A stretch of DNA of 64,000 nt, taken from the IMG/VR virus record IMGVR_UViG_3300027974_001530. One strand, given 5' to 3'. Shown here piece by piece: positions 38,819 through 48,876 of the stretch (positions are counted from its first letter, which is position 1; each line of letters opens with the position of its first letter). The notes under the pieces were generated by a model. It did not search any database. It saw only the letters and a list, made by a program, of their open reading frames with translations, and was not told the origin of the DNA. Both the position numbers and the translations under genes were made by a program. This DNA is from a virus (taxonomy: Duplodnaviria > Caudoviricetes).

Positions 38819-41800
38819 TCAAACATCTTCGAAAGAAGCTCCCGTTGGTGTTATAAAGAATGTAATATCTATGAACTCTAACGATCTTGTTGGTTTGATG
38901 TAAATTTTACCTGTCATTTGATTTCTATCTAAATCAGCAGTGTCACTTGAAACCGTTACTCTAAAGTCGTAAAGACCTCTGTCTCTTCTGATTCCGTCTA
39001 AAATAGGGTTAACCGCATTTAAGAAATCTTGTCTTACTTTTTCATCGTTTTGATCGAAAAGTAATCTAACTGAAACCGCAGATATTAATTTACGTGCTTG
39101 TAATAACAATCTTCTAACGTTGATTCTATCAAGGGCTGATTGTCTAACTTGTAAAGTTTTGTTACCCCATATTACCGTACCTACATCTGAGAAAGTTGCA
39201 ATTGGGTTAATTCTTCCAAGATATAAAACATCTCTATCTTCTTGAGTCAACTTCTTACGTGCTTTAATTGAGTTAACAATACCACGAGTGTAACCCGCCG
39301 CTGCGAACCAAGGGAACGCGATGTTATCAGTTAACGCCAAGTTTCTTGTTACTTCAGCGGTTGGTGGTAAATAAATTTGAGTATTATTTACACTATCACG
39401 AGTTAATACCCAAGGGTAATAAGTGGCCGTGTAGTTAGAGTCGATTCCCGTACCGTCAAGATTATCTACTGCCTCTTGTGGGTAAATTAATCCGTCAATA
39501 CCTGTTGTTGTTGGTAATAACAAATTGTAATCAGGTGTTGTTGTAATGTACAATGAATCCGCTCTATCATTCTCAACCATATCAATAGTGTCTTCAACAA
39601 GGTCACTATTATTTACATAATCAATACCAGGAGTTACGAATACGTTAATGTTAACCGCTTCAGGGTTAGCAAATGTTCTAATTCCTAACAAATATGCGTA
39701 ATAATCGGTATTTGCGTATTCTCTTGTTCCATCACCAACAGTGATTTGTTTGAACGCTCCCCAACCAATTGCGTTTGGATATCTTGTTGTAGCACAAGCT
39801 CCGTTAAGGTAACCTGTTCTACCTAATTGGTATTTGTCGGCGTTTGTTCTTCTTTCTCTGTAAATGTCCCAACCGTCAAATCCACCTTGTACTAATACTG
39901 TAAATTTACGAGCGAATAATCTATAGTATGGGTTTGTCTCAACTGTAGGTTCACTACTAAAGTCTGCCGCTCCTGCGTAGAACCTAGGAGTTCCACTTGT
40001 TGCAAATACATTTGCAATTGTGATACCACTTGCGTTTTTATCCATGTGGAAACCTCTTGTTCTATATAACCAAGGAGAAGATTCAGTGGCGAAACATATG
40101 TTGGACGGGTTTCTTTTTCCTTTGTATTCAAAGAAACTAGGATCGTATCCATAATCTGCACTTGTAGAAAATCCTAAGTAAGTTTTTCTAATATTATCTC
40201 CCGAAGAAAGTCCTGCATCATCAGTTCCTGATGGAGTACCAAACGGAGGATTAAATACTAATTCACCAGGGAAATCATATTTTGTTTTAATAATAGGGAA
40301 TGGAGATCTTGCTCCTGAATACTCTCTAAAATTGTATCCCTCAAAACCACAAGGTAAAGAATCAATAGGAGCATCCTCATTCATTTCTACCATTACGTAT
40401 CTTGACTTTAATTCGTATTCACCGTCTAACGTACCTATTTTTTTAGCTATAAAGTTATTTTCACTTGGGTTCATAGAACAGTTAGTAAATTTCTCAACAA
40501 CAACAGGGTTAGAATCTGTATCATAATAATCACGAACTAAAACCGTAAATGTTTCATTTGCAAATGAGATATCAGATATTGATACTTTAACTTCTGTATT
40601 TGCACTATTACCATCAGAAATTGTATAGAATTTAAATAGATTATAAACTTTAGAACCTCTTAATTCAGAAACAACCCATGGACTTTCAGGTGATTGATAT
40701 TTTTCTAAATACCATCCAATTGATGTTGGGTCTTCACTTTGTGCTTCAGGTAAAGATATTAAATCACATTTTAAACCTCTAATATAACCTTTATTGTATG
40801 CCCATCTTAATAATGATTGGAATCTTTCCTCAACAAATAAAGGAACTACGTTTCTTGGTTTACCAAAATTACTACCTCCAAACACTTTAGAAATATATTC
40901 GGAATCTGAATTAGAGAAAGAAGTTACAAAACTAAAATTATTACCAAGGTAATTTGTTGCGTTTATTACGAATTTTGCAAAAGGATTTTTAAGTACGTCA
41001 TCATATTGTCCTGTACAATCAATGTTAACATCTGTTAAACCTGTTATTTCAAATCTTGGATTAACATCATCACTATAGTCGGCAATACCTCTTGATCTTA
41101 AAGTTGCAACAACCATATCATCATACTCTGTATATGAATTACCACTATAAACATAAATCATACCCACAACGGTACCTGAATAACAATCTAAAACAGTTGT
41201 TGTAGTTGTAGTTGTTGGTACAACAGGTGTAGGGGTAACACAAGGATTTGGAGTTGGTGTTGGTATTGGTAATGTTGAAGTTGTTGTTGTAATAGGATTA
41301 ATTAAAGTTAAACCTGTAACTACATTCCAAAAAGAATAACCTGTATATAAACCATTTCCTGTATTTTCAAATAACGCATAATACCAAGGATCATTAAATG
41401 GTGATGTAAAATCAGTTAATGAACTTGATGGTGATGGAACATTAAACACGTTTGTAGATGCGGTATATCCTGTTGATAACACATCATAATCATCTCCGTC
41501 AATTGTACCAAAATATGCAATAGACGTATTTTCTGAAGGTGGGTTTAATATTCTTTGGTATGTGAAGAATTGTAAATCGTTTAACAATGTTGAGGTACTA
41601 CCATTAAATTGTTCATATTGATTAGTTAAAATATCTTCGATCTCATCAGGGAATAAACCAAATTCAACTGATGATGCACTGTTTGAACATCCCGTAAACG
41701 TTACTGTGAAAGGAATTGTTTTAGCCAATACACAAACAGGTTCACAAGAACCAGAAGGGGTAACTGCACTTAAACAATATGGTGTTAATGTTGCTGGATC

Positions 41801-42148
41801 TAAATTTGCACTTGTAATTATAGACCAAGATGGTCCTGCATCATATCCTGATAAACCTAATACTCTTGTAACAAACAATTGATTTGATTGTTGTAAGTAG
41901 GATTTAGCGATATAAGCCGCCTCATATTTTGGAATTTGTGTATTAACAAATTTTTCAGGTGTTGTACCACCAAAGTAGGATTGGAATTCGTCAAAGTTTT
42001 TTATAAAGATTGGTTCAAATGCTGGACCTTTTAAAGTTTCTCCGACAATCCCTAAAGTTGTAACACCAACACTCTGTGCCACAAAACTTAAATCTACTTC
42101 TGAAGTATAGACACCAGGTGAAACGAAAATTTTACTGTTAGTTGCCAT
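38819..42148 (-). CDS. Tail sheath protein (1109 aa)
   Basis: FVSPGVYTSEVDLS, GETLKGPAFEP, YPWV, NIAFPWFAAAGYTRG, RINPI, WGNKTLQ, DRINVRRLL, IYIKPTRSLEFI. Confidence 0.95.
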   Translation of the reverse strand: MATNSKIFVSPGVYTSEVDLSFVAQSVGVTTLGIVGETLKGPAFEPIFIKNFDEFQSYFGGTTPEKFVNTQIPKYEAAYIAKSYLQQSNQLFVTRVLGLSGYDAGPSWSIITSANLDPATLTPYCLSAVTPSGSCEPVCVLAKTIPFTVTFTGCSNSASSVEFGLFPDEIEDILTNQYEQFNGSTSTLLNDLQFFTYQRILNPPSENTSIAYFGTIDGDDYDVLSTGYTASTNVFNVPSPSSSLTDFTSPFNDPWYYALFENTGNGLYTGYSFWNVVTGLTLINPITTTTSTLPIPTPTPNPCVTPTPVVPTTTTTTTVLDCYSGTVVGMIYVYSGNSYTEYDDMVVATLRSRGIADYSDDVNPRFEITGLTDVNIDCTGQYDDVLKNPFAKFVINATNYLGNNFSFVTSFSNSDSEYISKVFGGSNFGKPRNVVPLFVEERFQSLLRWAYNKGYIRGLKCDLISLPEAQSEDPTSIGWYLEKYQSPESPWVVSELRGSKVYNLFKFYTISDGNSANTEVKVSISDISFANETFTVLVRDYYDTDSNPVVVEKFTNCSMNPSENNFIAKKIGTLDGEYELKSRYVMVEMNEDAPIDSLPCGFEGYNFREYSGARSPFPIIKTKYDFPGELVFNPPFGTPSGTDDAGLSSGDNIRKTYLGFSTSADYGYDPSFFEYKGKRNPSNICFATESSPWLYRTRGFHMDKNASGITIANVFATSGTPRFYAGAADFSSEPTVETNPYYRLFARKFTVLVQGGFDGWDIYRERRTNADKYQLGRTGYLNGACATTRYPNAIGWGAFKQITVGDGTREYANTDYYAYLLGIRTFANPEAVNINVFVTPGIDYVNNSDLVEDTIDMVENDRADSLYITTTPDYNLLLPTTTGIDGLIYPQEAVDNLDGTGIDSNYTATYYPWVLTRDSVNNTQIYLPPTAEVTRNLALTDNIAFPWFAAAGYTRGIVNSIKARKKLTQEDRDVLYLGRINPIATFSDVGTVIWGNKTLQVRQSALDRINVRRLLLQARKLISAVSVRLLFDQNDEKVRQDFLNAVNPILDGIRRDRGLYDFRVTVSSDTADLDRNQMTGKIYIKPTRSLEFIDITFFITPTGASFEDV

Positions 42149-42273
42149 ATTTTTTTAATATTAATTTATTATAATTTATTTTTATATATAAATACCGGTG
42201 TTTTCCGCAAAAACTTTACTTATATCAAACTATTTATATCTTGGTAAGATTTTTTTCTGCCTTTTTTCTACCT

Positions 42274-42435
42274 ATGGATAAAGAACCAAAAAAAATAAAA
42301 AATTTAAAAATTGATAAGGATGCTCACGAAATTTTAAAAAAATATTGTGACAAAAGAGGTATTAAAATGTATAGGTTTTTAGAGAATCTAATTATAGAAA
42401 AATGTAAGGAAAAGAAAGACGTTTACGGAGAATAA
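42274..42435 (+). CDS. Ribbon-helix-helix DNA-binding protein (53 aa), divergent from sheath
   Basis: KNLKIDKDAHEILKKYCDKRGIKMYRFLENLI fits the beta-alpha-alpha RHH pattern; ATG at 42274 preferred to the TTG at 42241. Confidence 0.7.
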   Translation: MDKEPKKIKNLKIDKDAHEILKKYCDKRGIKMYRFLENLIIEKCKEKKDVYGE

Positions 42436-43467
42436 TTATATTAACTTTTGTTGTAAAATTAAATTAGAATCCTTTGTTATATCGTCTTTAACAATATCAA
42501 TTTTAATTATGTCACCTGTATTGATTTGTATCTCACTAATATTATTACCATAAAAATCACCATTAATAAAAATACTATACGAATCAACGTTATCTGTGTT
42601 AGAAACTTTCATATCCGTTGTAAAAAATATTTTATCCGTAAATGATTCAGATCCCACTTTATAGTTAAAGGTTAAATCAAGTGGTAATAAATCATTTTTC
42701 TTAGGTTTACGTTTTTTAATTGATGTGTCGGTTTCATAAACTTGCATTGTTCTTACAATTGCAGGTTCTACAACAAAATCGTTCTCATCTAAAAGAAACC
42801 CCTGTAACGTCATTGGGTATTTTTGAATATAGTATTTTCTTTTCTCCAAATCCAAAACCGACTCATCGGCAATATCTCCCATAATTATAGGAATATAGTG
42901 TCCTTTTATTTTTTGATATGCCTGTCTTGAGGCAAAGACTTGCATGACCACTTTATTAAATTCATTAATCTCCCTCATTCTGTTACATATTATTATAACA
43001 GTATAATTTATTTGTACGGGAATTGGTTGTGGTATTTTATAAACATCCATACCATGTCTTTGTCCGTCCCATGTTGGTACTTGAGCATAATGATAAAGTC
43101 TTCTATTAGGAATGTTATATTTTATTTGAGGGTCCCCAAACTTTACTTCAGGTTGTCTTACTACAGTTACAAATGGAGGTTCGGCATTTTTATCTATGTT
43201 TTGAAAATTCCAAGTTTCAGTAAACTGAGACCAATTTTGGGTTGTTATTAAAATATCAATCATAGATATTTTTTTACCGTCTATTGTTATTGAAAAGTTT
43301 TCTTTAACAAATTCTAAAAATCCTTTATCTAAATCCGCATGTAAAAGACCTTTAGGTAAAAAAGTACCATGTTCCCCAATCATATCAGCAAGTTGTTGTC
43401 TCCTTTCTAAAGGACTAACCCCAAATTCTAATGGTATGTGTTTTTTTATTTTCTTTGGTAATCCCAT
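42436..43467 (-). CDS. Tail terminator / head-tail connector-like protein (343 aa)
   Basis: PIPVQINYTVIIICNRMREINEF resembles T4 gp15/tail-completion folds; position upstream of sheath. Confidence 0.55.
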   Translation of the reverse strand: MGLPKKIKKHIPLEFGVSPLERRQQLADMIGEHGTFLPKGLLHADLDKGFLEFVKENFSITIDGKKISMIDILITTQNWSQFTETWNFQNIDKNAEPPFVTVVRQPEVKFGDPQIKYNIPNRRLYHYAQVPTWDGQRHGMDVYKIPQPIPVQINYTVIIICNRMREINEFNKVVMQVFASRQAYQKIKGHYIPIIMGDIADESVLDLEKRKYYIQKYPMTLQGFLLDENDFVVEPAIVRTMQVYETDTSIKKRKPKKNDLLPLDLTFNYKVGSESFTDKIFFTTDMKVSNTDNVDSYSIFINGDFYGNNISEIQINTGDIIKIDIVKDDITKDSNLILQQKLI

Positions 43468-43476
43468 AATTCTTTA

Positions 43477-43989
43477 TTATAATCCTCTAAATTCATTAGA
43501 CGTTACTGGTGACGCAATTATTGTCCTATAAAAAGGTTTAAATCCTTTATATGTGTGTTTTATGTCGGAAATTACACGTCCATCATTAGCGACTGTATAA
43601 TATCTCACAAAATTCTCAGTATCGTAATACCCAATATAATCACCAAAACTAATATCAATATTTAATTCTTCTAAAGTTTTTAAATAAACAGATATTGTAA
43701 TATTACCTGGCTCAAACTGATCAATTTTAGTTGACCCCATAAGTTTGTTTTCAGGAGCTGCGATTCCAACATAAGCATTAAACTCAACAGGAGGTAAAAA
43801 ATTAATACTGTCCGAAGTAGTTTCACCGTAAACATCATCAATTTTTGTTTTGATTCTATCAACACGATATAAAACACAAGTATAGTTCATATCTCCGTAT
43901 AACCATTCTTGTCCCATAGAAATTTCAAGAGAAAAATCCTTTTCCCCAAAAAATTTACCTAACCTTGTTATTGGAATTTTATTATCCAT
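43477..43989 (-). CDS. Head completion / neck protein (gp14-like)
   Basis: VLYRVDRIKTKIDDVYGE...PPVEF...DISFGDYI pattern; adjacent to the tail-completion gene. Confidence 0.55.
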   Translation of the reverse strand: MDNKIPITRLGKFFGEKDFSLEISMGQEWLYGDMNYTCVLYRVDRIKTKIDDVYGETTSDSINFLPPVEFNAYVGIAAPENKLMGSTKIDQFEPGNITISVYLKTLEELNIDISFGDYIGYYDTENFVRYYTVANDGRVISDIKHTYKGFKPFYRTIIASPVTSNEFRGL

Positions 43990-44044
43990 TTAAATCTTTT
44001 ATTGATAAATATCTTTTTTTTGTTTATTTTTTATAAAAAAAGTT

Positions 44045-45808
44045 TTGTCTAATATTAAACAAATTATTGAGCACCAAGCTTTGGACATTTTGGACACATA
44101 TAGTGGGTCCAATAACCATATTTTGTATCTTAAAACAAAAAAAGAAACTAATAAAAAATTCTACCCAACGAGGTCTCAATCGGATTACATAATTAATTAT
44201 GAAAATGTAAAACCAAAGGTGGCAAGGAAATGGGTCGATTTAGATACTTACTTTGCAAAAAAGTTTTCAGAAGAACGATACCTATTAAATGTTCCTGAAA
44301 AAATATATGTTGAGAAGTTATTGGTTGAGAAAGAAAAATCTTACCATATATGGGGTAAGTTTTTTGAGACCGATTCTTTATCTGAATTTTGGGTTCCTAA
44401 ATCGGCGTTAATTAAAACTCACATTATTGAGGAGGTATCAATAGATTATTCAAAGTACGACCACAGACCTCCATTAACTCATCAAAAAGAGGCTATTGAA
44501 AAATTAACAGGATCAAGAAGGTTTATATTAGCGGATGATATGGGACTTGGTAAAACAACCTCGACTATTATCGCAGCATTAGAAACGGGAGCAAAAAAGA
44601 TTTTAATTATTTGTCCCGCATCACTTAAGATAAATTGGGAAAGAGAAATTGCAAATTATACAGACAGGTCCGTTTATATTGCGGAAGGAAAAAAGTTTTC
44701 AACTGAATCTGATTTTGTAATTGTAAACTATGATATATTAAAAAATTTCCACGATCCAAAGGAGAAGGACAATTCTTTGTTATTTAAATCTGAATTTGAG
44801 TTGGTTATTTTAGATGAGGCACATATGGTTTCTAACGCTCAAGCACAAAGAACTAAAATTATTAATAGTTACGTTAAAACTATAAAAAGAGTTTGGTTGT
44901 TAACTGGAACCCCGATGACATCAAGACCTATGAATTACTATAACCTTTTAAATATAATTGAAAGTCCCGTCGCACAAAATTGGATGGCTTATGCTATTCG
45001 TTATTGTCAAGGATACCAATTTACTGCGGGAAAAAGAAAAGTTTGGAACGTAACGGGAGCATCCAATTTGGAGGAATTAAGGGATAGAACCTCAAAACAA
45101 ATTTTAAGAAGACTAAAGGAAGAAGTGTTAGACTTACCTGATAAAATTATTACTCCTGTTTATTTAAGATTAAAATCAAAAGAATATGAAGATTTAATGG
45201 GGGAATATTATGAATGGTTTGATAAAAACTCAAATGAGTCTTCTTCATTAACTGTTCAGTTTTCTAAATTAATGAAAGTCAGAAAAGTGATCTCAAACGA
45301 AAAGGTAAAACAAACTATAGAATTTGTAGAAAACATTATTGAACAGGGAAAAAAAGTTATTATATTCACAAACTTTACCGATACTCTACAAACAATATAT
45401 CAACATTTTGGTAAACAAGCGGTTTATCTTGATGGTAGTTGTAACAAAGTCCAAAGACAATTTGCGGTTGACCAATTTCAAGACAATGAAAAAATAACCG
45501 TATTTGTTGGGAACTTAAAGGCAGCAGGGGTTGGGTTAACTTTGACTTCAGCCGAGGCGGTAATAATGAATGACTTATCTTTTGTACCTGCGGAACACGC
45601 TCAAGCGGAAGATAGAGCATATAGATACGGTCAAAAAAATAATGTATTAGTCTACTACCCGTTATTTGAAAATACGATAGAAGGTGCGGTTTATGACATT
45701 TTAAATCATAAGAAAAAAATCATTAGTACTGTGATGGGAGATGAGATATCGGAAAACGTAGGGGATGTTGTGGAAGAAATTTTATCTTTAATAAACAAAC
45801 ATCGTTAA
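44045..45808 (+). CDS. SNF2-family (SMARCAL1/HARP-like) helicase/ATPase
   Basis: LADDMGLGKT, ICPASLKINW, DEAH, LTGTP, GVGLTLT, QAEDRAYRYGQ. Confidence 0.9.
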   Translation: MSNIKQIIEHQALDILDTYSGSNNHILYLKTKKETNKKFYPTRSQSDYIINYENVKPKVARKWVDLDTYFAKKFSEERYLLNVPEKIYVEKLLVEKEKSYHIWGKFFETDSLSEFWVPKSALIKTHIIEEVSIDYSKYDHRPPLTHQKEAIEKLTGSRRFILADDMGLGKTTSTIIAALETGAKKILIICPASLKINWEREIANYTDRSVYIAEGKKFSTESDFVIVNYDILKNFHDPKEKDNSLLFKSEFELVILDEAHMVSNAQAQRTKIINSYVKTIKRVWLLTGTPMTSRPMNYYNLLNIIESPVAQNWMAYAIRYCQGYQFTAGKRKVWNVTGASNLEELRDRTSKQILRRLKEEVLDLPDKIITPVYLRLKSKEYEDLMGEYYEWFDKNSNESSSLTVQFSKLMKVRKVISNEKVKQTIEFVENIIEQGKKVIIFTNFTDTLQTIYQHFGKQAVYLDGSCNKVQRQFAVDQFQDNEKITVFVGNLKAAGVGLTLTSAEAVIMNDLSFVPAEHAQAEDRAYRYGQKNNVLVYYPLFENTIEGAVYDILNHKKKIISTVMGDEISENVGDVVEEILSLINKHR

Positions 45809-45848
45809 TATTTTAAATGTATGTGATATTTATAATAAAAAATTAATT

Positions 45849-46154
45849 ATGGATAGATATAGTACAAAAAAAATAGAGAATATCTTAAGAAGAATTTTAA
45901 GAGAAGAGGAAGAAGAAAGTGAACTAACCTCAATCTTTAAAGAAAAAGGATATTCAAATATTCCTGAAGCGTGTAAACCAAGTACAGACACCTCAACAGG
46001 AGAAATTTCATCTAATATTAAATCGTGTTTTGATGAATTTCAAAAGGCAAATCAACAAGTAATGGATATTGCAAACGCATTAAAAGGTCTTATGGACGAA
46101 AAAGGAATACAAGCAGAATCAAGAAGAAGATCTTTAAATAGAAGAAGATACTAA
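45849..46154 (+). CDS. Hypothetical protein (101 aa), possible internal head protein
   Basis: TATTTATA upstream; N-terminal RRILREEEEE; Arg-rich C-terminus ESRRRSLNRRRY. Confidence 0.6.
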   Translation: MDRYSTKKIENILRRILREEEEESELTSIFKEKGYSNIPEACKPSTDTSTGEISSNIKSCFDEFQKANQQVMDIANALKGLMDEKGIQAESRRRSLNRRRY

Positions 46155-46178
46155 ATAAAATAAAAAATATTTATTATT

Positions 46179-46204
46179 CCCCATCTTAACAGGTGGGGTT
46201 TTTT
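46179..46204 (+). terminator. Intrinsic terminator
   Basis: CCCCATC-TTAACA-GGTGGGG followed by T6. Confidence 0.75.
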
Positions 46205-46237
46205 GTTTATTAAAATAATTAATATGTTATCTTATTA

Positions 46238-46669
46238 ATAAGATGAGAATTAATAAACATTAAAAAAAAAAGAAATTATGGAAACAGTTATTTTACTATC
46301 AGTTTTATCTACTTTGGGTGTAGTTGCGGTTGTTACTTCAGTTGTGGTTATGTTTTTAAAGTTAAAAGGTAAGGTTGGTAAAGACACATTTTTTACAGAG
46401 GTTAAATCATTTCATGATTATATTGACCACATTGAAAGGGAAAGAATAAACTCTATCTCTGAATTAAACAATCATGTTGAAAGATTGTATAAAGAATTAT
46501 CAACAAATTTAAATGCTTACGGTGATGAGTCACACCGCAGATTGATGGAAACCGAAAGAGTACTTCAAAATGAATTATCACTATTACAAAGGAATTTAGA
46601 TTCTCGTTGTGATAAATTAGATTCAAAAATTAAAGAAAAAAAACAATAAAAAATATATTCTCATCTTAT
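46238..46669. repeat. 13-bp perfect inverted repeat flanking the 46278-46649 gene
   Basis: ATAAGATGAGAAT (46238-46250) is the exact reverse complement of ATTCTCATCTTAT (46657-46669). Confidence 0.8.
46278..46649 (+). CDS. N-terminally membrane-anchored coiled-coil protein (123 aa)
   Basis: VILLSVLSTLGVVAVVTSVVVMFL hydrophobic helix followed by KLKGK and heptad-like helices. Confidence 0.7.
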   Translation: METVILLSVLSTLGVVAVVTSVVVMFLKLKGKVGKDTFFTEVKSFHDYIDHIERERINSISELNNHVERLYKELSTNLNAYGDESHRRLMETERVLQNELSLLQRNLDSRCDKLDSKIKEKKQ

Positions 46670-46670
46670 A

Positions 46671-46696
46671 ACCCTACCATAACGGTGGGGTTTTTT
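46671..46696 (+). terminator. Intrinsic terminator
   Basis: ACCCTACC-ATAAC-GGTGGGGT followed by a T-run. Confidence 0.75.
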
Positions 46697-46719
46697 ATTT
46701 CTTTTGATATTTATTTTTA

Positions 46720-48846
46720 ATGAAAGTTACTTTTAAAAACATAGGGGCAAATATAGATGATAAGAAAAACGATCTATTAAAGAAGTTTTGTAAATTTTTA
46801 CAAAAAAATCACAAATTAAAAGAGGATATTACTATCCATCTTATGGGTGAAAAAATTGGCAGAATGACAACAGGTAGTCAACATAAAGAAAAGGGTATTA
46901 AGGTATTAATAAATAATAGAATGAATAGGGATATCTTAAGAACTTTGGCTCACGAATGGGTTCATTCATATCAAAGAAATGTTATTGGCAGAGATAGGGG
47001 ACCAGATATTGGAGGTCAAAATGAAGATGAAGCAAATTCATTGTCAGGATCTTTAGTTAAATCTTTTGAAAAAGAAAATCCTGATTTAGATAATATAATA
47101 TATGAAGGGTACGGTACAATCTATAAAAGAATTGATTTATTAAAAGAGGAAATTATTATCTACGATAAAGTTAATATAAAAAATAACTTTATTATGGAAA
47201 TGAAAAAGATTGGTATCGATAAATTACCTTATTCATATTCGGCAATAAAACAATTTGTTGATCCAAAAACTATGGATATCCACTATAATAAACATTATAA
47301 AGGATATGTAAAAAAACTTAATGATGCTTTATCTAAAAAAAAATATGGTGATTTAGAGTTAGAAGATATTATTAAATCAATTGGTAAATATGATGACACC
47401 ATAAGAAATAATGCCGGAGGTGCATTTAATCACGCATTATTTTGGAAAATGTTGTCTCCAAAGAAACAGGTCCCTAAAGGTGAGGTATTTGAAAAGATCA
47501 ACAAACAATACGGTAACATTAAAAAAATGAAAGATGAGTTTAATGATGTTGCAAAGAAAAGGTTTGGTTCTGGTTGGGTTTGGTTATTCTTAACAAAGAC
47601 AAATAGATTAAAAATTATGTCTACACCAAATCAAGATAATCCATTAATGAACGTTATAAAAGACGGTGGTTATCCACTACTTGGTCTTGATCTTTGGGAG
47701 CATTCGTATTATTTAAAATATCAAAATAAAAGGGATGAATACATTAAAAATTTTTGGAATAGTGTTAATTGGGAATTTGTTAATGAATTGTACTTAAGTA
47801 GGACAAAAAACATAAATGAGTCATTAACTGAGGATTCTATTTTATCTGAAGCTAAAGAGGTCTTCCCATTAACCTCAAAATCTTTTAGAGGTTTAATAAA
47901 CGATGCTTACCCTAAATGTGATGGTTTAAAACACACAAACGGTTGTTTAGGAAAAATTGAGACAGAACAATGTAAAACTGATGAAGGGATCATTGGTGGT
48001 AAATATACTGAGCAAAATTATGGAGGTATTGGTAATTGGTCTATTATAAATAGATTTGATACGAATAGTTCCGTACATAAAGAGATTCAAAAAATTTGGT
48101 CAGAGGAAACTAATTCCGTAGAAAATTTTAGAACATGGATTACAAATAACATGGGAGAACTGGTTGGGGATGAAGGAAGATTTACTGAAAGATTGGTGAA
48201 TCTAAACGTAAAAACAATAGTTGACGGTAGAGCAAATGAGAATTATGCAAAGTCAGTTTTAGTTACTTCATTTAAGTTAAATCCTGAAGAGGAAGGTCTT
48301 ACTTGGAATATTATAGAGAGGTGTGCTGGGGATGTTAGGGATAGAAAATTAGGTCAAGACTTTGATGTTGTTATTGATAATGTCTCATATTACATTCAGG
48401 TAAAGCCAATTGATTATAAAAAAATTGAAAAGATTGGGTCAGAGAGGGGATACTATTATAAGGTACCTTCTTGGCATTACCATTCTAAATATACTGAAAG
48501 TAACGTTGATGTTATTTTGTATGTTGATAGACCAAAAGAAAAATTTGTTATGTTTAGAAATGATTTTGCGAGAATTCAAACGGTTGCGAACCCAACAACA
48601 TTCCCTAAATTTTTTGTAATATATTACGAGAATCCTTTAAAAACAAATATGGATTTTGAGGTTATAGTCGAGCCTGATAAGGTAGAATCAAAACTTAAAC
48701 TTACAAGAGACACCCAAACAGAAATTGAGTACTATAGAGAAAGGATACAATATTATAAAGATAAATTACGTGAACTTGGCGATTCTGAAAATATAACTGA
48801 AATGATCAAGTATTACAATGAAGAGTTATATCAACTTATTAATTAA
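46720..48846 (+). CDS. Multidomain protein: HExxH metallopeptidase-like + Fe/Mn superoxide dismutase + PD-(D/E)xK nuclease-like (708 aa)
   Basis: LAHEWVH; SOD at about aa 159-360 with LPYSY, IHYNKH, GGAFNHALFW, FGSGWVWL, NQDNP, DLWEHSYY; C-terminal DFDVVID...YIQVKP. Confidence 0.8.
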   Translation: MKVTFKNIGANIDDKKNDLLKKFCKFLQKNHKLKEDITIHLMGEKIGRMTTGSQHKEKGIKVLINNRMNRDILRTLAHEWVHSYQRNVIGRDRGPDIGGQNEDEANSLSGSLVKSFEKENPDLDNIIYEGYGTIYKRIDLLKEEIIIYDKVNIKNNFIMEMKKIGIDKLPYSYSAIKQFVDPKTMDIHYNKHYKGYVKKLNDALSKKKYGDLELEDIIKSIGKYDDTIRNNAGGAFNHALFWKMLSPKKQVPKGEVFEKINKQYGNIKKMKDEFNDVAKKRFGSGWVWLFLTKTNRLKIMSTPNQDNPLMNVIKDGGYPLLGLDLWEHSYYLKYQNKRDEYIKNFWNSVNWEFVNELYLSRTKNINESLTEDSILSEAKEVFPLTSKSFRGLINDAYPKCDGLKHTNGCLGKIETEQCKTDEGIIGGKYTEQNYGGIGNWSIINRFDTNSSVHKEIQKIWSEETNSVENFRTWITNNMGELVGDEGRFTERLVNLNVKTIVDGRANENYAKSVLVTSFKLNPEEEGLTWNIIERCAGDVRDRKLGQDFDVVIDNVSYYIQVKPIDYKKIEKIGSERGYYYKVPSWHYHSKYTESNVDVILYVDRPKEKFVMFRNDFARIQTVANPTTFPKFFVIYYENPLKTNMDFEVIVEPDKVESKLKLTRDTQTEIEYYRERIQYYKDKLRELGDSENITEMIKYYNEELYQLIN

Positions 48847-48876
48847 TATAAAGATATTTATATAAAAACAACCATT

